From NCBI GenBank assembly GCA_017654855.1, contig CM030337.1, positions 248,001 to 312,000 on the forward strand: a stretch of DNA of 64,000 nucleotides, in the 5' to 3' direction. Position numbers and translations under genes: made by a program. Shown here piece by piece: positions 50,243 to 63,920 of this stretch (positions are counted from its first letter, which is position 1; each line of letters begins with the position of its first letter). The DNA is from Podospora anserina (lineage: Eukaryota). The notes beneath the pieces were generated by a model. That model worked only from the letters and a program-made list of their open reading frames with translations, searched no databases and had not been told where the DNA came from.

Positions 50243-53200
50243 GGTGTAGCGGCCCAACCGTTGTTGTTGTTTTGGGGGGGGGAGGGACGATCTTTGTTGG
50301 CTGGTTTACGGTTGTCGGATCACCACATTTGGATTGGAGCAGGTTAATATTGTTGGTTGATAACGGAACGCATCTATAGCTTTGCATATCATGCGGCCAC
50401 CTGCAACCTCCTGGCTCTCCATCCAGACTGGAGCATCCAGGAGAGACGGCGAGTCTGAATTTGAATTGAGGAGCTTTCCTGAGCTGATCAGAACTTGGGA
50501 GATCGCACCCGTAACCGGAATGCCATTGGCGCGGTGATCATTGCCAATACATTGAGCACACTGCCGGGGAGCACAGATGTGGGGACGACAAGTGTCACGA
50601 AGTGGGCTGGCGAGCCAACCGCATACCACTTAATATCAGACTGTCGGTGACTCTAACAATTTTCTTTGGGGGCTTAAAGTCTAGCTTTTGTTTGCTGAGT
50701 CAGAAAGTCCACTGAGAAGGCTGGTGTGACCGAACATCAACCCAAGGACCCTGGCGGCTTGCGAAGAGGAAGGTGACTTGGAGGGATCAGCAAGTTCAAC
50801 AGACGCAGTTGCTGCAACACAGGCAACACCCTATAAACCGCCCGTCATATCTGGCGGAGACGCTAGTTCTGATGTCCCATGAGACATTTCGAAATTTGGC
50901 CCCCAAATCCAAGGTAGTCAGCGCGTCTTAGGACTGCCAATCTCCGTGTCTGTGTCCGAGTGGGACTTTGAGTCCGAGCTGGGTGTTACCCCAGGTTCTG
51001 AGGCTTGCCGTATGCCGTGACCGCAGCAAAATCAAACACCTTGATCACCACGCCGGCCGGCATTCTAAGAGTGGGCAATCAGACACTCAATGATGAGTAA
51101 TCCTAAGAATAAGAGTATATATCTCCTTCGCGGCCAAAGATCATGGCTTCCATCCCATCTTCAGGCATCCATTCGGCCTGCCTGGTGGAGATACACAGAT
51201 CAAACGACGATTGGCAGTCCTCCCCATCTTCATCTCAAACTGGCGGGCCATTCCTTGTGTTTTGTGAGCAGCACATGGTTATCGCAGCTGCGTTCAAGTA
51301 TAAGGCATGGATGTAGCGGAGTTGTGCAGTTGGGTTTCTCGGCCTCAAGCTGGTAAAGTTGGTTTGACATTGGGGGCGGTCCCTCGCGCCAAATCTGACG
51401 AATGAGAAGCATAGACAAGCCACCACCTACATGTATTTTTCCAGAAGGTTGTTTTCCTGGGGTTGTCGTGGCTGTGAAGGGGGCGTTGGTGGCGAGCCAG
51501 GATCAAACTATCCCGGGGAACTGGTACTTGGTATAATTCATGGTAAGCGGACCACCCCGGGGGCCGGCCAGGGAGGCCCAAATTGTCATTATCTGGTATA
51601 TGCTCCAGCACCACATCTAATTTCCCCGCAGTAGTACACACAAAATAAACACCCAATCTGGGCACATTTCTCATGGCACACGGGCTGTGAATGTTTCAGG
51701 AGCTTTGCAAAGGAGTTGTGGCTGCATTTACGACTTTAATCCGACCTCAGGTGCTAAACACTGCCCACTCGCAGACAAAGGTAAAACTGGACTATACTTT
51801 GACGGTCAAGTTTGTGAGACACAAAGTAAAAACGGGCCATCCTTCAACTTCCTATCCGGCATAATTGCCAGACATAGCTGTAGAGTCGGGTGGCTGGGCA
51901 AATGAATATTCGGGACAATGCCGTATACATGTTGATGAGAAGTTGGGTAATTTTGCCTGGGTCGGGCTACTCCGTCATCTCCCGGCAGTCCATAGGGCTG
52001 CATATCAGCTTACATACTTCGCCGTACCTTGGCCTCCATGGCACGGGCGTTATAAGGTAGCACCTTACATCATGTCTCCAGGATGGGGATGTGGGTCAGA
52101 TTGTTCCAGAACATTCCGGGGTTAACCGCGGCTTCTGCCTGAGTAGGTATCCATTGGCGTGGGCAGCAATCCTGGGAAGGCAGGAACTGTCAAAGGCCAC
52201 GGGGCCTCATGACTGATTCGTCATGGGGTATTCGTGGCGGTGAAATTCCTGGATCTTTCGGGGCTCGTCTATGTATGTCCATATCTGCCTTGGGGGCCAA
52301 AGGCATCTCACCTTCGGTCTCAGTAACGCATTATCTGATTGCCTCGTGTGGGACGACTACACTATGCAGTATAAAGTCTCCGGTTGTTACCAGGCATCGT
52401 GCATTCGTCACGGCGGTGGGGGAGCGAGATTGACTGGGTGCAATACAGCCAACAACTGGTGCGCCATTGGCTTCGCCCGGATGCATTGTGTCTGGACGCG
52501 ACTGTTGTTGTCCCAAAATAGCGAGGTATGTTGAGCCGAATAAATTACGAATAAGTTATGAATACCGCTCTTTCCCAACACTGCTTTTCAAGCTTGGAGG
52601 CCTATCATTGTTAAGAAGCCTTTGGGGCGACGCGACCATGGTGCGCAGCTGATTGTAGAAAGATAGGTACCAATACTTACTCTGTGCTGATGACGTGATA
52701 TTCCTAGACACACTACATGATAGGTTTTGAGATGCATTGTCAAGATGGCGTGCCAAACTGAGGCCCTCGCCATTGCTGCCTTGGTTCAATTAATGGTAAG
52801 CAAGGTATGCACCCAGAAGATAACGTGCCTACCCCTCAAAACTCGCCGATGGTATTTTCAGAAACATTCGACTCGCCCTGTGCGGATAACTTTGAGAGTA
52901 CTCCTTTTCATTCCGGAATGAGGCCAGCTGCGCAGCAAGTCGTCGTCACGGAATAGAATCGCACCAGATGGGTTCCACTGAAAAGCGTGATTACCTGTGA
53001 TACATGAACTTCAGAAAAGATACTGTACCACCATCAGAATGGTCAAGTGAGACATTGATCAATGGTATCACGTTTCTTCGTCTCTCGTTTGGTCGCACTG
53101 CCTGTGTTGTTTGTTTTGTTTTTTACAAGACGCTCTCGTCATACCCGTTGTTTGTTTACATTCAAGCCGTTCAAGTTGAAACTCCCAACCAGAGAACGAC

Positions 53201-53368
53201 CCATCTTCTCCATCCTGTCTCTGATATTTTCCAGTGACCTACACGGCACTGTCCTCACGAAAGCCACTTGCCGGTTTTGAGACCTGCCTACTAGGTTAGC
53301 CACTGAGTCCTTGTCATCATCACAGCAACTGATATGAGGTGATAGTCAATTTCCTGCAGCCAACGAAA

Positions 53369-53704
53369 ATGAAAAGCAACGATGTCGTCGCGATCATTAT
53401 TCTTGGATACGCCATAGCTGGATTCCTGGCGGGGCTGGGGGTTATGCGGCTTGTTCGTTTACGACACGGAAGAGATTCGTCATCGACCCTTTCCACCACA
53501 GAAGATGGATCAGCCGAATCAGCATGGAAGAATTCAGGTTCCGCTATAGAAAGTGAAAGCTCTCAATCATCCCAGCCCATAGCAATGCCAGTTCCGGGCC
53601 CGCTGCCTGGTCCACCTAATGGCTTTGGTGAAATCGGCTTTTCTGTCCCTCCCTTTCCATGGGTGGGATCAAGGCCGCCCTTCCCTGAATCCCCTCGACC
53701 CTAA
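53369..53704 (+). CDS. Small single-pass membrane protein with a Ser/Pro-rich tail
   Basis: N-terminal hydrophobic helix VVAIIILGYAIAGFLAGLGVM followed by basic RLVRLR. Confidence 0.5.
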   Translation: MKSNDVVAIIILGYAIAGFLAGLGVMRLVRLRHGRDSSSTLSTTEDGSAESAWKNSGSAIESESSQSSQPIAMPVPGPLPGPPNGFGEIGFSVPPFPWVGSRPPFPESPRP

Positions 53705-54255
53705 CTGGGCCTCCTTGACCCGTCAGTTTTTGGTTGTTGCCTCTCAGGAAAGAACCAAGAATCGACTACAGCTCGAGACAGCTATAATCGCTGACCTGGT
53801 TCTCGACAGGGAGACCATTCCTTATGTCTCGGGGGTGGTAATATAGTACGACCAAGCAGGGACAATAAAGGGAAGTTGCCAGATCAAGGATAACACGGGT
53901 GACAGCCATCTGGCTATCGCTGACAGACAAGGTGTGTACGAGTGGAAAACATTAAGGACCCAGGCGAGATAACCTGGAAATCAGCTCGAGCACAGTTTTG
54001 AAATATTGATAATTCACTTGGGGAACGTGCATAAAAAGTTGAACCGTGTTTTTGCAATGTGGGTAATGAATTGTACTTGTTCCACCACACCAAGCTATTA
54101 TCCTGAACCAATACCCCCCGCCAGGCTCTGAACTAACATTTTGCGTATCCAGACCATATGCATATATCTTCCAAATATCGGACTTGTGGCGTGTATGTGG
54201 CGTTACGAAAGGAGCCCCAAGGAAACCAGGGAGGCGTTGTCTTCAGCTTCCCAGG

Positions 54256-54477
54256 TTAGGAAAGCCGAGAGTTGACGGTCATATTGGGATAGGCCTTGTG
54301 GATCTTTTCGACCGGGTCGGTTTTTTCAGACGCGGCAGGCTTCGTCGATTTACTTGAGCCAGTCAGACGCCCAAAAAAAGTGTCTCTCTTTGACTCCTTG
54401 CTGGAGGCTTTGTCTTTGAGGATGGAGGTGTCAGACGTCACCGAGGCGAGGTCGGAATCCTTCAACGATGATGACAT
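54256..54477 (-). CDS. Small Ser/Lys-rich hypothetical protein (73 aa)
   Basis: GCC-ATG context, coding-like composition and an upstream TATA-like sequence near 54595. Confidence 0.6.
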   Translation of the reverse strand: MSSSLKDSDLASVTSDTSILKDKASSKESKRDTFFGRLTGSSKSTKPAASEKTDPVEKIHKAYPNMTVNSRLS

Positions 54478-56186
54478 GGCGATAGTCTTTGGTGTTTTTG
54501 GGTTGTAAGATCTTAGATACCTAGGTAGGGCAGGTAGATACAGAAATTATATGTCCATGCAAGTTGAACAGTCAACAGTGAACAGGTACTGGCTTTATAT
54601 CTTTGATGGTAGTCGTTTCTGGCCACAGGAGATCTGGTGCAACTTTAAATCATTACGTACGCTATACTGTTGACCCTGAGTATGCCTGTCAGGCAGCAAA
54701 TTACTTGCAGGAAAACTTAGAGATGCCTGGAGATCCCAACACCATGACTGTAGCTAAATCCCGTGATACAGTGACTCCTCGCCGTCATAAACCAAGCATA
54801 TCTGACCAATCGGAAGAATACGTTGGCTTGAATTAGGATGTCGCTATTTGGTCTTGTGTAGCAGACATCTGCAAGGTCATGCTTTTTGAAGAAAGCCTAG
54901 CTAAAGGCAACCCCGGCACTTGAATGCGGTGTGGAAGGTGGCATTGAGGCTAAATTGTGACACTTGAAGACTTCAGTCATGCATATCTCTGCCAAAACCT
55001 GTGCAGACGGGAGCAGTGGAGGGTTATGTGGGCTGCAGATTTGTAACAGGAACCTCACTCTTCCGGCCCGAGCCAACACCCCGTGATAGAAGATACCAGA
55101 CAAGAAAAGATAACCCCAATCATGAACCAGACCAGTGTGTACCGAGGGTAGAGACCTAGAACAACAACTCTGGAAAACAGTGTCTCAACATACCTACCTC
55201 ATTCGCTAAACACATCTCATCACTCCGGGTTGATTCATCTTGGGGTACCCAATGGCTTCTTGTGATGCCAACCTGATGGTGGAAGAGCCATGTTATTTCC
55301 CAGCTACTCCCTTCCTTTGTTTCGGGATACCTAAGAATATGGGTGCATCAAAGAGAGAGATGCTGGACTATAGCAACGAAATTTGAGTACGAGATTCTAA
55401 TCCCGGTCTCTATAATATCTCTCCTACCTATCTAGACGTATCCTTACACCTTCTCACTCAATAGGTGGTCGCAACACTAAGTAGACATTGTCGGTCTTCT
55501 GTGCTAGTTGCTTTTTATTCACTTTCATATGCGTACCTTGCCTATCTTGCCGTGCTTTCTATTCTGATTATACCGATTGTGAAAAAGCAATGTCAGCAGA
55601 ACTCAAAGCCAAACATGGGCCTCTGTTTATTACTCGTACCTAATACCCTGTTGCATCGATCAACGATAGCCGATAAGGCCCCGTGCCATACATCCCTACA
55701 TGCAATTGCACGAGTGATAAGAGTAGATCGTCCCATTACTTGTCTCCAGTCTGCATCTCCCTCGGGTGTTATATCTCCTTGACATACACCAACCTTGGCT
55801 CAGCCGTCCAGTACTCACGGGGTGGCACTCAAAATCAACACAAGCCAAGACTGGGTTTGCACTCTGTGGTGGCTGTGCTCGGGGTCCTTCCTTGTTTTGA
55901 GGAAGATGACATGCTGCATCATTGGAAGACAGCTTCCAACAGAATGCTGACACCGCCACTACAGAAGCATAGGCCAATCGGTGCACTTCGGTGACATGAA
56001 CCTTGTTATTCCCATTCCAAATACCTACCTTAGCTGCAAATCGGTATCAGTGGCACCATCGGATGTGGGCTGAGCCAGATGGTATTAGTCAGATCCTGCC
56101 CCCACAACTCTACTTCTGTAGACACTTCCCATGTTCAAGACGTCAGGAAGGTACCGCTCAGACTCATCTTTTGCTCTCAAACTATC

Positions 56187-57897
56187 ATGGAGCCAGAATA
56201 TAGAACACGACGGCCTCACAAAAAGTCACGAAATGGTTGTTTGCCATGTAAACAGCGTCGGAAAAAGGTAAGGAATTACCGCCATGCATTCACCATGCCA
56301 TCATTTGACATTTGGGGCCATACTAAAACATTAAATTCATCATCTGTTAGTGTGATGAGCGCAGGCCATGCTGCACCAGATGTGCTGACCGAGATCTGAA
56401 ATGCCGATATCAGTCGCGCCAACCGCAAAGGGAGGATTGGCTTCCAGTCTCCCCTGCGCTGTCCCGCTCACCGTCGGTTCTTTCCATCCATGGAACAGGC
56501 TCCTTGAACGCAGAGGAGCTCGAATTGCTCCGACACTACCTCACCCACACTTCCCGGGCAATACCTTACGACGACGACGACCTTTACGCTCTCCAGGAAG
56601 GATTTCCAAATCTTGCCTTTCGCTCTCGAGCTCTCATGAACTCGATTCTCGCATTGGCGGCGATATGCAAGTGTCACGACATCATATCACAGCCCACGGT
56701 AGACGAAAGGCACAGAGATGAGGCCCACGCATTGTTACTGATCGCAGAGGATCGGCATAGGGAGTCATTACGACGAACTCAAAATGATATCTCTAACCTC
56801 CATCGAGAATGTTACGATGCCACTCTCGCCAACGCGCCGTTGATGGTCTTGTACATTTTGGCAAATCACTCTGTTCGAATTCAGTGGGCGGGAACCATGC
56901 CTGATATCCCAACCGGCTTTGTTCCAACACAACTACAATGGGTATCCCTCATCCGCGCGGCCCACCTCGCTTACAATGGCATGCTGAATGACATTGACCA
57001 GCCGTGCGAGCCTTGCTCAGACACAAACTTTGGAGAAAGTATCCCTCCAGCCAGCCATCTTTACCAACTATCACCCGATCCTATAATCCGTGTTACTTCG
57101 CCCGAGGACGGCCCCATGAAGCCTACTAGGGACCTTTTCCTCCCCATCCTAGCGGCCACCTTCCAAGCCGCCATCAAAGGCTTACGGATGAGGGCCGAAG
57201 TCAAACGGGCTGAAATGCCAACCGATCCCGGCATCGCATTTTCTTTTGTGGCATTGCGGGCCTTCGAGGCCATTGCGGACGAAGTTCTCCACACCAACAC
57301 AAACGCCATCCACTCGAAGCTGTCACCATCAAGCAGCCATTCATCGCCCGCGCCGCCACCCCCTAGGAGCCGATTATCTTATGTCTCGCCCTGGCTGCGC
57401 AACTATATTGCTCGTGTCACCATGGCCACCCCAACGAGGCCCTTCAGACGCACAATCACCGCTTTTGTCAACAGGGTTCCAGCCGAGTATTTAACTCTAG
57501 TTCAGACGTCAGTGGAGCACCTTTCTGACTGCCGTGCGGTCGAAAGGGTAGTAGCTTCTGAGGGGCTTGCTGTCGACATTTTTGCACAGTGAGTACCAAA
57601 GCCTCTTGTTTTCTTTGTCCCTATGCTTCAAGTACTCCCGCTGGAGCGACCAAGATATCATTATACTAACGAATCTTTTCTCATAGTTGGCTGGTCTTGG
57701 TAATGCTGTTGGACGGGGTTTGGTGGATTGGCGGGATAGGGGCTTGGGAGCTAGGTAGAATTGTAACAATTATAGGTAACAAGGGGCTTGGGTCCTTACA
57801 GGAGAACAATACTTGGTGGCCGGCGAGCATGTATAGAATTTATGCTGAGTTGAAAAAACAGGTGGTCACGGAGGTTGGGACAGAGGGTCATATCTGA
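56187..57897 (+). CDS. Zn(II)2Cys6 transcription factor (Upc2/Ecm22-like N-terminus)
   Basis: Exons 56187-56267, 56351-57588 and 57687-57897. RRPHKKSRNGCLPCKQRRKK|CDERRPCCTRCADRDLKCRY, ELELLRHY and DIFAHWLVLVMLLDGVWWIG. Confidence 0.92.
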
Positions 57898-58644
57898 TTA
57901 TTTACAGTCGAAAGCAGGGGGAGTGAAAATTTTGCTACTGCCCTAACTTTTAATAGAATAATTCACGGTTCATAGATGGGTACAGACAACAAGATATGAT
58001 GGGTTGATTGATTTAAACTGCAAGTCCAAGTATTTAGGGTAAGCAAACTTTTTATCCTAGAGCCTAGTGATGTTGTTCAGGCCTGATAGACCTTGTGATC
58101 CCTATGGAGCCTGGTAAGAGGCCTGTGTATTTTCTCCACTATTCTATCTGGTGCTGTAGGGTATATGCTTGGTTCATCCAGGTCTATATATCTCTTGCGT
58201 GTTAGCTCGGTAGCACAAGATTTGACCTTCATGAACTTTTCTATCCACACTTAGCTACCTATGGGGGTAAGAGGCATTGATGGCTTTTGTTTTGAAAACG
58301 AAGGGTACTGATAACGGGGATTACTATTCATGTCCATGTTCTGCTTCGTGGGTTTGTTTGCGATAGGTGTATCCACATGGGTTTGTAAAGAGGCAAGATT
58401 GGTTTTCGATAAACTGTTATCTATTGGATTCTATCAAGTGTGCCAGGAGTTCTTGCATGAGAACGCTGGAAAAAAGCGTGCGAAGAAGCGAAGTGAAGTG
58501 TTGAGATCGAGTGAATGTGTGCTGGCGGGAAAGAGATCAGCCGTCAAAACAAAGGTGAGCTGTCAGTCTAATGCAAAACAAAAGAAATGTAGGACTAGGT
58601 CCAGATAAGATGTAGGTTCCCCCATAGCCCTCCTCAACCCAATC

Positions 58645-59476
58645 TTACTCGGTTTGAATTCCGCATTTCTTTTTGCAACCCTCTGCCTGCAAAAACAACC
58701 CAGTAGGAAGGGAAGCCCTGAGTTTGGCAGTCTCGTCGGTAGAGACATCACCAAATTGAGTCTCCAGCCACTCGTCATCTAGGGCAAAAGTCTGCGGCAA
58801 GATCAAACCAATCCCGGGGTCTTCGGACGGGAAAGCAGCGACGATGCTTGCATTGGTGCATTCGGGGTTCAGCTGTGTATGAAAGGCTCCACCAGGGAAC
58901 ACAGTCATCATGTTTGGGCCAAGGTCGGTGCGAATGACCCTCGGCTTGCCGTCTGCATCGACGACGCCGGCCTCAAGGACCGCTTCGGTGAGAACACGTC
59001 CTTCAATAACGGCGAACAATTCGGCGGAGCGAGGGTGAATGTGCAGAAAAGACATGCCGCAAGCTACGATAGAATGTCAGCGCCCGCTTCACATAAAGTA
59101 CGACAGAATTGCCGAGTTTGTGAACTTACGAGGAAGTATGCCGACAGCCAGACTACCCCCAGTGCCTACAAGAGCAGGGAATGTTTTGCGATCGGCAAAA
59201 CGCCCGGGGTTTTGACTAAAGTCGTAGACGTAGTCCTTGTCCTGAGGGAGGAGGGCAGCTCGGTCGACACCGCTGCATATGATACCATCAGTCATCTAGT
59301 CCGCACCTAATGCTAGAACAGCACTCTTTCAGCACTTACCTATCCGCGATTTGCAGCTGCGCCGTGATGCTCAATTGGGACGGTGACCGTTGAGCAAGGT
59401 TCGAAGGTGCCGCAATGCCTAACGACGCCATGGTTGAAATGCTGACAAGCATGCTGGCAATGGTAGGGGAGAACAT
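58645..59476 (-). CDS. Secreted spherulin-1/germin-like cupin
   Basis: Signal peptide; two introns (about 59339-59273 and about 59129-59064). YVYDF, TFPALVG and germin box PCGMSFLHIHPRSAE...HTQLNPEC. Confidence 0.92.
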
Positions 59477-60144
59477 CTTTGCAATTGTGTGATGGGATGA
59501 TGAAGATGTATGTGTCTTGGGTGGTATGGTGTTTGCTTTTTGAGATGGAGGGCGCGGTGTAGAGAGAATGCTGAGCTCATAAGGAGCGGACGAAGCTGGT
59601 TTAAATGCTTGGAGGAAAACATTTCTCCGCAGTTCTTTGACACCGCAATCCTTGCAAGATTTGAGATAATTCCAAATATCGAAAGTCTTGATAGTCAAAA
59701 ATGATTAGAGATAGCTTCTACATCGTCCCTGACGGGGCACTGCTCAAGGGCGTATTGGAAACCTATTTGGGGGTGGAGCTTCCTATTACGCTGACGCGAA
59801 TACGCTTCCACGTTCCTTAGTCAGTGCCCAGTCCCACGTATACGCCAGACGTACACCGACACCCTGTGGACAATACGAAAAAAAAATACATGGGGAACAC
59901 GCCCTCGAGATCAAGAGCGTATCTGCGTACCTATTGTGGCGTTGCTCACATCTCTACACCAAGTAGCCTCCAGGTCCGTATAGCGGGCAGCGCCGCACCA
60001 AATTGCATAATTGTCGAGTTTATGTGTTTGTCTGATCCAGTACAATTGACGACAGCAACCAAAGGTCTATGGGTAAACCCACAAAAACGGGCCGCCACCA
60101 AAACCTCAATGCTTACAACTGAGCCAGCATTGGTAAGCATCTTT

Positions 60145-61217
60145 TCAGCCATACTTGGACAGAAGTTTTCTCATAATGGACATAGCACCACCCCTATACC
60201 CTCCTCCAAACAAAGCAAAATGATTTAAATGGTGATACCTTGACAGGTCATGCTTAGCAAACATCACAAAGCAGGAAAGAGGTGAGCTACTCACAGTTCA
60301 TATAATGCCACTCGATCATCATACTCCTCTGCTGGCTCCGATTTAGGAACAAGTGAGTGGTATTCTTTCCAAAATCCTCCAGCACCAAAGCCCCCAAACA
60401 TCTTCATGATGCCCAGCTCGTACTCCGAGTGTGCGTAACAGGAAGACGGATCAAAAACAACCTCTTCAGACCCCTTTTGTGTGAAAATCCGACCTCGTCC
60501 ATGATTCCCACTCCACAGATCCCCGTGCACAACGACAGGAATTACATCCTTAAGATGCCCCTCTCCCAGGAGTCGTGGCACAACCTTGCTAGCTGTTTTC
60601 TCCACCACATCGGAAAGCTCTCTGTCCGCGCCGTTCTGCTTGATACACTCTTTGAGTATGGCCCGCAGACGGCAGTCTGCATAGAAATCGGCCCAGGTTT
60701 CCCGATAACTGTTATCCTGAAGTGTAGATCCGCAGCAGGTAGACACTGGAAACCCGAACATTGGTTTGGAATGCCCCTTTGGAATTGGGGCGGGGGTGGT
60801 ATGTAACGTTGCGAGTTTGGCGGCAAAGGAAAGGCCGGTTCCACCCGAAGCTGAGGACGCAAGATCAATGAAGTCTGTTACAAGGAAGTATTTTCCTCCT
60901 GCGCTGGCGCCACCGCCAAGTTGGGGGGACGAAGAGGAAGCAGAGGCCGAGTGGAGAGGACCGTGGGCATATGCCTTTGGACAAAACGAGGGAACGGCAT
61001 TGTGAATTGCATTCAACGAGGCAAATTCTCCGCGAAACATGACCTCGGCGTCAGGACCTGTGCCGGTTTTGACAAAGTACTGGAGCTCATTGCCCTCCTT
61101 GGTTGAGACGAGCTTGTATGTGGAAGAGAAGCCGGAGCCTCCATAGGAAAGCAGCTTGGTGGAAGTAGGTTCCAGCCCAAGAGCGGATAGAAGGGCTGGA
61201 TCGACACTGGATAGCAT
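60145..61217 (-). CDS. Fructosamine-3-kinase / ketosamine kinase family protein
   Basis: Motifs YFVK, MFRGEFASLNAI, FGFPVSTCCG, VHGDLWSGN, FDPSSCYAHSEYELGI. A final exon after the intron at about 60294-60240 encodes YHHLNHFALFGGGY. Confidence 0.95.
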
Positions 61218-62719
61218 CTTCGGCGGAGTATGATGAATTGGACAACGGGTTGGTGATGTTGTCGATAGACACAACGTATCGGTCTGGATGACGTCAGTGC
61301 TCTGCCAACCCCTCAGGCTCAACACAAGTCGTCACTGCTGGGTTTGAAGAACAACGAACTTGATCCAACAGATTGGGATGTCGCTATGGCCTCAGGCGCC
61401 ACACTTGTCTGTCAGGTCTGGCATGGAGATACCTTTCTGAGTTTACGGGCAGAAGGAACTCATGTCCGCAAAGGGCGGGGAACGATTTGACCTGAGGTAC
61501 CAAAGGACTGACCGTGCGCCAACGTGGGCCGACACTGTGAAATAAGTGTGCTTACTTTCATCCGGTTCGCCGCCCCTGAACAGGACTGCTCCTGCCCTGC
61601 CTTGCAGCGTTGCACGGCAGTTGTAACCTGTTGCCGGGCCAGTCTGACTGTCTGGGCTTCAAGTAAAGAACCTATACATTTCTTCCTGAAATGGTTCCCG
61701 TAATCCTCACTGTGGTCCACGTCCGGTTCGCAAATCCTGTAGGCATCCAGCAACAATAACAAGCAACCCACACCATAACCACCGATTCTGTGGCCGGTAG
61801 TTGCACTGTCGAAGAGGGTTCCCCAGAGAAGTAGCGCCAGGACGCCATTCCTTCTGAAAGACAGGGGGAACCGGAAGAAGATATTGCCCACGACAACTCC
61901 CTGACTGGCAAGTAACATGAGTTTTCTCTGACCTCCCCGAAAGAAGGCTCAATCTGACTACCCCACAATACAGGTCCGAAAATATACCCCAGCTTTTCAT
62001 ATGGCTCATTCTCAAAACAAGGGCGCGTTTTCCTGAGCCACCAACAGCAGCAGCTACTGTAAACTAGACGAGCGACAACGACGTCGGTGGTGTATCTTGC
62101 TTGAACTATCCCCAGGACAGGTTGCAAAACAGCCCAAGCTTAACATCACCTTTTAAGACGCCAGCTCCATTGCGGACTTGGGGTCAGCTAATAGTTGAGG
62201 AGCGGTGGAGTATCGATGTTATTTGTTACAGTCATTTTTGCTAGTTGCTTTGTGATGGGATGACTGATTACCTATTAGTGATTTTGGACGACTAGGCCAG
62301 ACTCTCAATTAGATCTTCTCTTCTCATTGTGGGGCATAATTTTCACCATGAAACTTCAAGCAGCTGACTGGCCACGATAAGAAATCTGGTTTATTCATTG
62401 GTACGTGCACAGTTGCTGTGCTGTGATGTATATACAGGTGAATTCGAGTTGGACTATTTTCCTTCACTAACACAGTGACCTCGATCACTTTCGAGCCGTC
62501 TCCAACCCCTCTAGCAAGATTCTATTGGTATTTGGGAGCAATATTTGCGCACTGGCGACTATCACTTCTGCTTTGACAAGGTACCGCAACAGAAACACGA
62601 TTTATTGCCTGTTGTTGACAACAGGTACCAATAACCGGCTCCAAATTGTTTGGTAAGTCCCGTTTCCAACTGTGTCAAACGAACCAACAGACCACTAACA
62701 ACTTGATTTTCACCTCTAG

Positions 62720-63920
62720 GCCACATTCTCGGCACAAGTTGGGAGTAGCTACCATAAGAGGACGACCGGGGGGTTGAGTGCCTTTGCCCTCTCCCGGGTG
62801 AGAATGCCAGGGGCCTCCTTGAGCCAATCTACAAGTGCCGGGATAATGATCGCCGGGCTGTTACTTGTGGCACTACCCCTCGCGATTGGCGATAACATGT
62901 GTGGCGAGGAAGCCCGAAGTCGAAAGAGGGATCTGTTTTTGCCTCTGTTGCTTACAACGGCTGCGCTTCTGTTGGTGGTGGGACGGACATTTGGCCGGTG
63001 GAAGCTAGGCAAAGGAACGCTCGAGGTCGATGATATTGTGATGATGATGTGTGGAGTGGGTTCAGTCCTGCATTTTCTTACATTCAACGCTTGGGGATCA
63101 ACACTGCTGACCATGGCTTCTTACGTAGCTGGCGTATTTGGTGATGTCAGCGACTAGTTACACCAGCAGTGCCTTGGTGTTTGGATGCGACTTGTGGCAT
63201 CTGAAGAGAGAGGACAGGATTCTGGGTCTCAAGGTACGCCTTCCCGAGTGAGCTTGAGGTTTCATGGGCCGGAATATGGTCATATACTCACGAGTGAGGT
63301 AGCTTCTATATGTGGTCGAGTCCTTTTAAATTGTAACGGTATCGCTGTCGAAGATTTCGATCCTTCTTTTCTTCCGCCGTACCTTCTCAAAACCGTGGTT
63401 CCAGACAGCGACACACGCGGTGTTGGGCTTGACCATTGTCGTCAACCTCGCTCTCCTCATAACACAAATAGTCCAATGTGTTCCTTTGAGCACCAACTGG
63501 GAAGTTGATACCCCACGAAATGGCCACCCGAACTGCATCAACTTACAGGTGTTTGTCGTTGTAGGCAGCGTGATAAACCTTCTGCAGGAATCGGTCCTGT
63601 TGGCGATGCCTATCCCTGCGATCTTGCGGTTGGCATTTCAGACCCGCCAACAGAAGGCAAACTCACTCATCATGTTTAGTCTTGGCATCTTTACGATTGT
63701 CTGCTCAGTTGTTCGTATCGTGTATGTCCTCAGAGTCGATGGAGCGGCAAACTTCAGCTGGGAGTACGTTGACGTCATTATCTGGACGAACATCGAAGCT
63801 AGCGTCACAGTGATGGTGCCTTGCTTGCCCGCAATGAGAGCGTTGATACTCGCTCGCAGGCGAGCAGCGAACAACCAGACAGGCAAGTGGTGGCGCCAAG
63901 TAAGAGACGCAAGATTCTGA
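62720..63920 (+). pseudogene. PTH11-like (CFEM/rhodopsin-domain) GPCR, probable pseudogene
   Basis: PTH11-type segments DD.VM, FGCDLW, KISILLFFRR.F, QC.P...W, LAMPIP, IFTIVCSVVRI and W..IEASV....PCLPA. In-frame TAA at 63327-63329 and an apparent frame change in the Cys-rich 5' part. The 5' boundary is uncertain. Confidence 0.75.

Noticed and set aside
61460-62127. Three overlapping minus-strand ORFs
   Set aside because: No motifs and no consistent splice model; likely intergenic.
27507-63920. Secondary-metabolite cluster or Starship element
   Set aside because: No PKS, NRPS or terpene backbone gene and no tyrosine-recombinase captain is visible; the core gene MED18 is present.
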